From contig JAZSHW010000132.1 in assembly GCA_045533495.1 (NCBI GenBank), forward strand, positions 1,453 through 65,452: a DNA stretch of 64,000 nt, read 5' to 3'. Shown in pieces: positions 56,029 through 64,000 of the stretch. Position 1 is the stretch's first letter. Every line of letters begins with the position of its first letter. This DNA is from Ruminiclostridium sp. GTDB taxonomy: Bacteria > Bacillota > Clostridia > Oscillospirales > Ruminococcaceae. A program made the position numbers and the translations under genes. The notes under the pieces are model-generated. The model worked only from the letters and a program-made list of their open reading frames with translations. It was not told the origin of the DNA and searched no databases.

Positions 56029-57278
56029 TGAAAAAATTTGTTTTCTTTATAGAAACAGCCGCTCCTTTAAGTGGCGTCCAGTTATCAATATTTGATATGG
56101 CTGAAAAAATAGCAGCAGAACCACTCTGTGAGTCATATTTCATAAATAATTATTTTGAGAAAGATGAAACTATCTGTGCAGAAAAGCAGATAAATTATAT
56201 TCCCCTTGACGATGCGGATTTTTCTGCATTTTCCGACGCATTATTTGTTGTACCTGTCAATTATCTTCCTTTTGTATTGAAGTATATTCATGACTTACCT
56301 AATGTAAAGCTTTGTTGCTTATACTACGATAAAACATGTCTTAATCGTTTAATCGGTCGTTTATACAAAAAAGATACAGGCGACGAATTAATCAACTTGT
56401 TATCATCCACTGCCTCTGAAATGTTTATTAACGGCTCGATTTATTTTTCCGTTAACAAGGATGTTAAAAACATATTCAGCAATAATAACATAGTAAACTA
56501 TAATTTTATAAACGAATATGCGCTTAAAAAACAAGCAAAAGAAATTAAAAATAATAAAAGGTTTAACATTGCATATTATGGACCTGTAAATTCAAAAACA
56601 TTATGGATATTATTGAATCTTGAGATGAATCTTATCAGATCAAACTCTGATATGTTGATAGATTTGCATATAGTTAAATCGCCTTTAAGTAATTTATCTA
56701 TCAATTTTGAGCAATCATCACCGAACTTCAGATATATTTTTACTGCACCCGGTGATGTTGAAAGCTGTATTGATTATCTATGTGACAATGCAGATATTGT
56801 AATCGCTTCAGGTCAACACGCAATTGATACGGCGGCGGCAGGTAATCCGGTATATGTTCCCGTTACAGAATACACTCAATTCTATTTTGACAGATATATT
56901 CCCATTAATGATTTAAAAATGTACGGATATTCAATTAATGCTAAACAAGCACGAGATTGTGATATAGAAACATTTACAATGACCGATATATGTAACAGCT
57001 TACTCGATCTGACATCAAGAGAAGAGTTTGCATTGCTTTGTAAAAACAGCATTATTTCTGATATTGAGGGCAATAAGTATGCTGCCTTATTAGAAAGAAT
57101 ATATGATAACACTACTTTAACTGTGGAAAAATGTATGAATATTCCGGAAATAAACGACTACGTAATAGAAGATGAAGCCGAAGCAGAAGCGGAATATGAA
57201 GCAGAAGCGGAAGACGAAACAGAAGTTGAAGACGAATTAGAAGTTGAAGACGAATCAGAAGTTGAAGACGAAGAGTAA
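56028..57278 (+). CDS. Divergent GT-B-like protein, paralog 2 of 3, with poly-acidic C-terminal tail
   Basis: 416 aa with 1-nt stop/start overlap. The tail is EDEAEAEAEYEAEAEDETEVEDELEVEDESEVEDEE. Confidence 0.55.
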   Translation: MKKFVFFIETAAPLSGVQLSIFDMAEKIAAEPLCESYFINNYFEKDETICAEKQINYIPLDDADFSAFSDALFVVPVNYLPFVLKYIHDLPNVKLCCLYYDKTCLNRLIGRLYKKDTGDELINLLSSTASEMFINGSIYFSVNKDVKNIFSNNNIVNYNFINEYALKKQAKEIKNNKRFNIAYYGPVNSKTLWILLNLEMNLIRSNSDMLIDLHIVKSPLSNLSINFEQSSPNFRYIFTAPGDVESCIDYLCDNADIVIASGQHAIDTAAAGNPVYVPVTEYTQFYFDRYIPINDLKMYGYSINAKQARDCDIETFTMTDICNSLLDLTSREEFALLCKNSIISDIEGNKYAALLERIYDNTTLTVEKCMNIPEINDYVIEDEAEAEAEYEAEAEDETEVEDELEVEDESEVEDEE

Positions 57279-57342
57279 ATAATTCCAACACAAAACTTCT
57301 TATCAGTTAGAGAATTTCAATAAATATTTAGGAGGAAGATAA

Positions 57343-59928
57343 ATGGATAAAATTGTATTATATATGCAAACCGACAAGCCGTTATCAGGTGTCCATAAAA
57401 ATTATCTTGATATTTTATGCTATTTAGCAGACGAAATGGAATATGAAACCTATTATATAAACAATTTCTTTGCTGAGGATTTTGAGAATCATAAAAGTAC
57501 CAAGAACAATTTTATCGATATAAACGAATGTGATTACAGCCAGTTTGAGGATGCGATTTTCTTAGCACCTGCAAACTATGTATTTTTCCTTATGGAACAC
57601 ATTTCAGCATTGAAAAATGCCAGAATATCTTTATTATGCAGCGATGCAAGTATTGTTGAGAGATTATCCAACCAGTTAAAAAAATCCAAGTCTGACTTTG
57701 TGTCACTGATACCCACATTAAAGTATTCAGACTGTTGCATATTCGCAAACAGACTGTCTTTAATCGGTGCGTATAAAAAGGGATTAAAGAATGTAAACTG
57801 TGATTATTTGCCACAAACTATTATAAATGCAAATAATTACGATGATTCTGTTGAGTTTGCAAAAAATACCAAACCGGTCTCTGAAACAGAAATCAATATA
57901 GGATGGCTTGGCCCCATAAGCCCCGCTGCATTAAATGTGCTTAAAAAGCTTTCCAACGATCTTTTGGATAATTACAATTCAAAGGGCGAAGAAATGGAAG
58001 ATGGTACAATAAACTGCGACAATGTTCCCAAAATAAATATTCATGTTATCGGCAACGGATCAGTAATGTGGAATATGGATTTCTCGAAATATTCTCCTGC
58101 TATACGTTTCATATATACAGGAGAACTCAGATATGAGGAATATTTAGCATATCTACGCAGATATGTGGATGTGGCTTTCTGTGTAAATGAAAACGTGTTG
58201 AGCGCAGCTTCTTGTGGTATTCCTGTACTGATACCTATATATCAGAACAAAATGACAAATACAGATAAGTATGTGTATCTGTTTAATAATGACAGCTACA
58301 ACCTCAGATGGAGCGAAGACGAACTGTGGACGCTAAGTTTGAAAACCACAACTATATCAGATATAGTAGAGGATATTTACACAAAAAATCTTAAGTCAGA
58401 ATATGCATTAAGATGTCTTGAGACATACAACGAAAATTATTCACTGACATCATGCGCAAACAATCTTATAAAATCCATAACTAAAAACAGCCTGACTGTC
58501 AAAAAACTGACAAGTGTAAAGGGCGTAAAGGAACATCTTTCTAAGTTCAGATCTTTTGTGAAAAAGTATAGCAATAAAACATATCGGGATTTCCTCAATT
58601 ATCTGAACGGTCAGATTCCTGATGACAATGTTACCGAAAAGGAAGTTGTGAAAGAAGCCCCCACTAAAAAAAGTTTAAAATCCTTTATAAAAAAAAACAC
58701 TCCAAATAGGATATTAAACCATAAGTTCTACTCTGTTCAGGGAACCTTTAAAAAAAAAGAAGCTAAAATAAGAAAGCTTTACAGAAAGAACGGCAAAATA
58801 AAAGTTGCCTTTATATTGGTATTTAACAGTGTATTCCCTACACGCCCAGTTTTCGAGTATATGCTGAACACCGATGATTTTGAGCCGTACATCATTATAG
58901 CTCCGAATGTGAGTCGTACAATGAAATACCAGAAAGATACCCTGTACGAAGCATATAATAATCTTTCAGAACAGTATCCGGGACACGTTATATTGGGATA
59001 CGATGTGAAAGAAGATACTTACCTTGAATTAGACGAAGAATATAGCGTTATCTTCTTCTGCAATCCCTACAAGCACCTGGTACATAAATTCCATGAAGTT
59101 GAATACTTCCTTGACAAGAATGTTCTTACATTATATATGAATTATGGATTTGCTGCACTGAATTTCTGGGATGAAGTTCTTGGCACAGACTTCTATAATT
59201 ACATATGGAAAGCATGTATAGAAACAAAAAGCAACTATGATTATCTTTCTCAGCACCAAAAAATCAGAGCTAAAAATGCGCTGGTTACCGGGTATCTGAA
59301 AATGGACAAGCTCGCTCAATTTGAACCTTCTCCTAAGGAAAGAAAAATGATTATGATTTGTCCACATCATACAGTATGGGGTTGGGAAAAATTAAGCATC
59401 TCTAACTTCCTTGATTACTATAATTTCTTCAAGGAACTTCCCCAGTTATATCCGGATATTGATTTCGTATTCCGTCCGCATCCCTTATTGTTTGCAAACC
59501 TGATTGCTCATGGAATATGGACTCAGAAGCAAATAGATAACTATCTCAGCGATATGCTAAAACAGGAAAACATAATTTACGATACAGACGGAGATTATCT
59601 GGAAAGATTTGCGAATAGTGATGCGATGATTCATGACTGTGGTTCATTTATAGGTGAATATCTGTATACTGAAAAGCCTTGTTGCTACATGATGAAATCT
59701 GAAGAACAAACAATGAATGGTCTCTTACCATTAGGTCAGGAATGTATGAAACAATATTATTACGCCTTCAGTAAAGAAGATATTTGTAAATTTATCGACG
59801 ATGTGGTTATTAATGGTGATGATCCTATGAGAGAACAGAGAGAGGATTTTGCCAAAAATACACTGAAGGTAAATTATCCCAACTCTGCACGATTTGTTAC
59901 AGAATATATAAAAAGCAAAATTTCCTAA
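57343..59928 (+). CDS. Fusion protein: paralog-3 GT-B-like N-domain plus TagF-like CDP-alditol phosphotransferase C-domain
   Basis: 861 aa. Residues 1 to about 390 are paralogous to the two upstream genes. The C-terminal roughly 380 aa carries TagF/TarL-type motifs (MICPHHTVWGW, FRPHP, IHDCGSFIGEYLYTEKP). Confidence 0.7.
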   Translation: MDKIVLYMQTDKPLSGVHKNYLDILCYLADEMEYETYYINNFFAEDFENHKSTKNNFIDINECDYSQFEDAIFLAPANYVFFLMEHISALKNARISLLCSDASIVERLSNQLKKSKSDFVSLIPTLKYSDCCIFANRLSLIGAYKKGLKNVNCDYLPQTIINANNYDDSVEFAKNTKPVSETEINIGWLGPISPAALNVLKKLSNDLLDNYNSKGEEMEDGTINCDNVPKINIHVIGNGSVMWNMDFSKYSPAIRFIYTGELRYEEYLAYLRRYVDVAFCVNENVLSAASCGIPVLIPIYQNKMTNTDKYVYLFNNDSYNLRWSEDELWTLSLKTTTISDIVEDIYTKNLKSEYALRCLETYNENYSLTSCANNLIKSITKNSLTVKKLTSVKGVKEHLSKFRSFVKKYSNKTYRDFLNYLNGQIPDDNVTEKEVVKEAPTKKSLKSFIKKNTPNRILNHKFYSVQGTFKKKEAKIRKLYRKNGKIKVAFILVFNSVFPTRPVFEYMLNTDDFEPYIIIAPNVSRTMKYQKDTLYEAYNNLSEQYPGHVILGYDVKEDTYLELDEEYSVIFFCNPYKHLVHKFHEVEYFLDKNVLTLYMNYGFAALNFWDEVLGTDFYNYIWKACIETKSNYDYLSQHQKIRAKNALVTGYLKMDKLAQFEPSPKERKMIMICPHHTVWGWEKLSISNFLDYYNFFKELPQLYPDIDFVFRPHPLLFANLIAHGIWTQKQIDNYLSDMLKQENIIYDTDGDYLERFANSDAMIHDCGSFIGEYLYTEKPCCYMMKSEEQTMNGLLPLGQECMKQYYYAFSKEDICKFIDDVVINGDDPMREQREDFAKNTLKVNYPNSARFVTEYIKSKIS

Positions 59929-59962
59929 TAAAAACAATAAAATTATAATTGGAGGCAAAATT

Positions 59963-60667
59963 ATGAACATCGGTTTAATCATTGCCGGCGGAAGCGGCAG
60001 AAGAATGCAACAGGAGATCCCAAAGCAGTTCCTTAATGTAAACGACAAGCCCGTAATTGTTTATACTCTGGAGGCTTTTCAGAAGCACCCTGATATAGAC
60101 GAAATCGGTGTAGTATGCATTGAGGGATGGCACGAAATACTCAATGCCTATGCAAGACAGTACAAAATAGATAAGCTTAAATGGATAGTACCAGGCGGCG
60201 AAAACGGTCAGGGCTCTATCAGAAATGGCGTATATGAGGCAGAAAAGCGTTATTCAGATGATGATATTCTCCTTATCCACGACGCAATAAGACCTCTGGT
60301 ATCAACTGAAATTCTTTCCGACTGTATTATTCAGGCGAAAAAGCACGGTTCTGCAATAGTTACAGTTCCTTGCAATACCGCTATTTTAAGAAGAACTACC
60401 GATGAATATTCAAGCGAAGTAGTTCCCAGAGACAGATTAGCAATGACTCAGACACCTCAGGCGTTCCCTATCAAGCGAATTGCAGATGCTCACAGAAAGG
60501 CTCTTGAATTAGGCATTACAAACTCAGTTGCAAGCTGTACAATGATGATCGAGCTTGGAGAAGATGTTTATTTCTCTATAGGCTCCGAAACAAACATCAA
60601 GCTTACAACTACTGACGATCTGAAAATTTTCAAGGCATTATTAGCTCTTGAGGGATTGGATAAATAA
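59963..60667 (+). CDS. tarI: IspD/TarI-family cytidylyltransferase (probable CDP-ribitol synthesis)
   Basis: 234 aa (LIIAGGSGRRMQQEIPKQFL). The locus context favours TarI over IspD. Confidence 0.75.
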   Translation: MNIGLIIAGGSGRRMQQEIPKQFLNVNDKPVIVYTLEAFQKHPDIDEIGVVCIEGWHEILNAYARQYKIDKLKWIVPGGENGQGSIRNGVYEAEKRYSDDDILLIHDAIRPLVSTEILSDCIIQAKKHGSAIVTVPCNTAILRRTTDEYSSEVVPRDRLAMTQTPQAFPIKRIADAHRKALELGITNSVASCTMMIELGEDVYFSIGSETNIKLTTTDDLKIFKALLALEGLDK

Positions 60668-60713
60668 TATTCTCCATTCCTTTAAAATCGTAGTAAAAAA
60701 ACGGAGGTCTGAT

Positions 60714-61766
60714 ATGACTAATGACAGCTTATATCAAAGCGACATCAAAAATGCATCAGATATTTTAAATATCGCAAAGCTCTTTGGAAAAAGCATATTG
60801 GTAACAGGTGCTTCCGGTATGGTTTGCTCTTGTGTTATAGATATTTTGATGTATCTCAATATTCATTCTAATGCAAACATAAGAATTTATGCTTCCGGAA
60901 GAAACACAGATAAGCTGAAGGAAAAATTCAAAGCATATTCTGATGACAGCAGACTTACATTCGTTCAATATGATGTATGTGAGGATATCAAATTTGATTT
61001 TGATGTGGATTACATTATACACGGAGCCAGCAATGCCGACCCTGCTAATATGTCTAAATATCCTGTTGAAACACTAAAAGCAAATATTACAGGCGTTGAC
61101 AACCTGCTCTGCTATGCGAAAAAATGCAATGCAACAAGAGTTATCTATATCTCATCCGGTGAAATGTACGGACAGCCTGATGAAACTGTTGCTGATGGGT
61201 TTACAGAGGATTTCTGCGGTTCTCTTGATTATTCAAATCCAAGATCCTGCTATCCTTCGGGTAAGCGTGCCGCAGAGGTTATGTGCCAGAGTTATATCAG
61301 CCAGTATCAAATGGATGTAGTTATAGCAAGACCCTGCCACATTTACGGGCCTACTATGCTGAAATCCGACCCCAGAGCAATATCTGCATTTATAATGAAC
61401 GGTGTCAGAGGCGAAGATATCGTTATGAACAGCACAGGTGAGCTTGTTCGTTCACATTGCTATGTGGTAGATGCTGCTACAGGTATTCTTCATGTGCTTA
61501 TAAATGGTGAAAGCGGACAGGCATACAATGTATCAGATAGTGAATCTGTGTGCTCAATTGCACAGCTTGCTCAGTATATTGCTAAAATAGCAAATACAAA
61601 TGCTGTTTTCAAACAGCAGACAGAAGACGAAAAGAAAAGCTACCTTGTGAAAAAGCATGCTATTCTTAACGCATCCAAGCTGAGAGCAACCGGATGGTGT
61701 CCTCGTACACATATTGAAGACGGTTTAGCTAAGACCATCAAAATACTCTCTGAAACAAATGCATAA
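60714..61766 (+). CDS. Extended SDR (epimerase/dehydratase family), possible alditol-phosphate reductase partner of TarI
   Basis: About 350 aa from ATG 60714 (RBS ggagg), with TGASGMVCS and YPSGKRAAE (YxxxK). Confidence 0.7.
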   Translation: MTNDSLYQSDIKNASDILNIAKLFGKSILVTGASGMVCSCVIDILMYLNIHSNANIRIYASGRNTDKLKEKFKAYSDDSRLTFVQYDVCEDIKFDFDVDYIIHGASNADPANMSKYPVETLKANITGVDNLLCYAKKCNATRVIYISSGEMYGQPDETVADGFTEDFCGSLDYSNPRSCYPSGKRAAEVMCQSYISQYQMDVVIARPCHIYGPTMLKSDPRAISAFIMNGVRGEDIVMNSTGELVRSHCYVVDAATGILHVLINGESGQAYNVSDSESVCSIAQLAQYIAKIANTNAVFKQQTEDEKKSYLVKKHAILNASKLRATGWCPRTHIEDGLAKTIKILSETNA

Positions 61767-61771
61767 AAATT

Positions 61772-61802
61772 CCCCGACATTTTAGTGATGTCGGGGTTTT
61801 GT
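61772..61802 (+). terminator. Intrinsic terminator ending the glycopolymer operon
   Basis: 9-bp stem ccccgacat / atgtcgggg followed by ttttgtt. Confidence 0.75.
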
Positions 61803-62215
61803 TATCGGAATTTATCCTTATTAAGCTTTACGTGCTCCAAAATATGCCCTATATTCCCTTCTCCCGCATACTTTGACATATCGAAAAAGTTATCCTCCAT
61901 ATCAGTCTGCCAGAAGAGTGTGTTTTCATCTCCGCTGATAATAACATCTTCTTTAAGCCTGCCAACATAGACCTCCACATAGCAAGGGTCTAAAGGATAG
62001 GAAAAGTCCATAAGGTGAATAAGATCAATGCTTTTTCTCTCAATTGCGGTTTCCTCAAACAGCTCACGATAGGCGGCGTCTATACCACTTTCGTTTTGCT
62101 CTATCTTACCGCCTACAAAGTTCATAAGTCCGAGATACGGCTCTTTTAAACGCTTGCACATAAGCATTTTTGAAAAGCTCTTATCAAAGACAACAATAAG
62201 ATTATAGCCCTGCAT
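61802..62215 (-). CDS. NUDIX hydrolase
   Basis: 137 aa with the Nudix box GGKIEQNESGIDAAYRELFEETAI. Confidence 0.85.
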   Translation of the reverse strand: MQGYNLIVVFDKSFSKMLMCKRLKEPYLGLMNFVGGKIEQNESGIDAAYRELFEETAIERKSIDLIHLMDFSYPLDPCYVEVYVGRLKEDVIISGDENTLFWQTDMEDNFFDMSKYAGEGNIGHILEHVKLNKDKFR

Positions 62216-63324
62216 TACATTTCCTTTATAATATCTGCGATTTCTTCTTCGGTTATCTCCTTGCCGTAGCAGTTATCACCAAAGCACATCATCTCGCCTA
62301 TTTCTTTCTGGAACACAAATCGTAACTTTCCGTCCCTTACCTTTTTATCGGTGTAAAGCTTTTTAACAAGGGCGGTTTTATCTATATAATCGGGGATTGA
62401 CACAGGGAGATTGGCTCTCTTGTAAAGCTCTGTCACTCTTTTTACATTGTCGCTGTTTATATAGCCTAACTTTTCTCCAAGCTTTGCCTGTGCTATCATA
62501 CCTATTGCCAGTGCTTCGCCGTGGAGCAGTTCATAACCGCTTACTGTTTCTATCGCTCTGCCGACGGTATGACCGAGGTTTAAAACCTCTCTGAGTCCCG
62601 ATTCCTTTTCGTCCTTCATAACTACCTTGTATTTTACGGCACAGTTATGCTCTGCTATATATTCGCAGGCAGGTACGTCAAGTGCCATTACCTTTTCGAT
62701 ATTCTCTTCAAGGAAGGTGAAAAGTTCACTGTCGCCCAGGCAGGCGTGCTTTATAGTTTCAGAAAGTCCACTTGATATCTGTCTTTCGGGGAGAGTCTTC
62801 CAGGTATCAATATCAATATATACCTTTAAGGGCTGATTGAAAAGCCCAATAAGATTTGTTGCAAGAGGGGTGTCTACCGCTGTTTTGCCGCCAACTGACG
62901 CATCAGCCGCTGAAAGAAGTGTGGTGGAATAATTTATAAAGGGTACGCCTCTGCCGAAGGTTCCTGCCACAAAGCCTGCAAGATCGCTTACAACACCACC
63001 GCCTACTGCAATGACACAGCAGTCTCTTCTGTATTGCTTTTCGAGCATAGAATCTTCAACAAATTCCTTCATTGCTCTGGTCTTAGACTTTTCACCTTCG
63101 GGGATAACAAAGATATCTGCGGTATATCCTTTGGTAATAAGCTTTTTGATAATCTTATCTGCATAAAGTTTATCTACTATAGAATCTGTCACTACAGCAA
63201 ATTTTCTGCATTTGCCACACAGACCCTTTTCTATATCATTTATAAGTGTATCAGAAAGATCGTGTCCTATCTCGATATCGTAAGAGTCGTCCACTACCTT
63301 TTTAAGCTCGCAATAAAATTTCAT
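62215..63324 (-). CDS. aroB: 3-dehydroquinate synthase
   Basis: 369 aa with GGGVVSDLAGF and the metal-binding HGEALA pattern. Confidence 0.9.
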   Translation of the reverse strand: MKFYCELKKVVDDSYDIEIGHDLSDTLINDIEKGLCGKCRKFAVVTDSIVDKLYADKIIKKLITKGYTADIFVIPEGEKSKTRAMKEFVEDSMLEKQYRRDCCVIAVGGGVVSDLAGFVAGTFGRGVPFINYSTTLLSAADASVGGKTAVDTPLATNLIGLFNQPLKVYIDIDTWKTLPERQISSGLSETIKHACLGDSELFTFLEENIEKVMALDVPACEYIAEHNCAVKYKVVMKDEKESGLREVLNLGHTVGRAIETVSGYELLHGEALAIGMIAQAKLGEKLGYINSDNVKRVTELYKRANLPVSIPDYIDKTALVKKLYTDKKVRDGKLRFVFQKEIGEMMCFGDNCYGKEITEEEIADIIKEM

Positions 63325-63325
63325 T

Positions 63326-64000
63326 TTATTCTCCGTCCTTTTTTATTCTGTCACTTCTCAGCTGTCCGCAGGCGGCGTTTAAATCTCCGCCGAACTCTCT
63401 GCGTCTTGTAACACCGATATTATGCTTTTTTAAACAATCGTAAAAATCTCTTATACTGTCCTCGTTACTTCTTTTGAAATCGTCCTCCCTTGACGAATTA
63501 TAGGGTATCAGATTTACAAAAAGCCACGCTTCTCCTATAAGCTCTGAAAGCTTTTCCGCCTGCTCCCTGCTGTCGTTTACACCTTCAAGCATAATGTATT
63601 CAAGCAGTACTTTACGATTACATTTTTCGCTGAAATGCCTTGCCGCTTTAATAAGCTCCTCAATAGGATATTTTTTATTAACAGGCATAAGAGAATTTCT
63701 TGTTATATTATCAGGTGCATGAAGGCTTATCGCCAAATTGCAGGGATTTTTCCTCTGTGCAAATTCATATATTTTCGGTACAATTCCGCAGGTGGAAACA
63801 GTAATATGCTTTGTACCGATACCGAGTCCGTAGCCGTAGGAAGCAATATCAAGAAAGCCGCATAAATTATCGTAATTATCAAAGGGCTCGCCTATACCCA
63901 TAACCGTTATATTGGATATTTTTATATTCCGTGCTCTTTCGATATAAAGCACCTGCATTATCATTTCGGATATCGAAAGATCACGGAGTTTTTTCAGCTT
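63326..64000 (-). CDS. rlmN: Radical-SAM 23S rRNA/tRNA A2503 methyltransferase RlmN (C-terminal part; 5' end outside the window)
   Basis: The frame stays open to the window edge. GIGEP, STCG and ACGQL motifs are typical of RlmN/Cfr. Confidence 0.85.
   Translation of the reverse strand, partial: KLKKLRDLSISEMIMQVLYIERARNIKISNITVMGIGEPFDNYDNLCGFLDIASYGYGLGIGTKHITVSTCGIVPKIYEFAQRKNPCNLAISLHAPDNITRNSLMPVNKKYPIEELIKAARHFSEKCNRKVLLEYIMLEGVNDSREQAEKLSELIGEAWLFVNLIPYNSSREDDFKRSNEDSIRDFYDCLKKHNIGVTRRREFGGDLNAACGQLRSDRIKKDGE

Overview
Window from a low-GC, spore-forming Firmicute; Clostridia-like is only a guess from gene content and order. I call about 58 protein-coding genes, no rRNA, tRNA or CRISPR array. 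Coding is almost entirely on the minus strand from 14.3 to 50.9 kb. Conserved blocks: (1) LysR regulator plus metY, an SDR, and two cation antiporters with a rhodanese lipoprotein (0-7.3 kb). (2) A lipoprotein-NfeD-flotillin operon (8.1-10.8 kb). (3) A pyrimidine operon pyrC-pyrF-carA-carB-(membrane ORF)-pyrK-pyrD (14.4-23.4 kb) with a terminator-type leader. (4) feoA, split transketolase, HAD phosphatase, then rluD-lspA-divIVA-ylmH-sepF-yggS, hfq-miaA-mutL-mutS, ylbF-like and miaB (23.6-40.4 kb). (5) spoIIE-rsmA-radA-cwlD (45.3-50.8 kb). (6) nudix-aroB-rlmN at the right edge. Accessory, AT-rich parts: an islet at 10.9-14.3 kb (XRE regulator, polytopic membrane proteins, two frameshifted YD-like paralogs), and a glycopolymer locus split in two (40.6-45.2 kb and 51.2-61.8 kb). 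That locus encodes a dTDP-3-acetamido-3,6-dideoxyhexose pathway, three tandem divergent GT-B-like paralogs (one fused to a TagF-like phosphotransferase) and a CDP-alditol module. The most unusual signal is non-coding. A 309/310-bp ORF-less element occurs twice (2403-2711 and 7755-8064, about 92% identical). Each copy is inserted at an intrinsic terminator and bracketed by a direct duplication of the entire terminator hairpin (26 bp and 30 bp). Both copies lie in roughly 770-bp gene-free regions full of GC-rich REP-like hairpin modules. All function calls come from reading motifs in the translations; no database search was possible.
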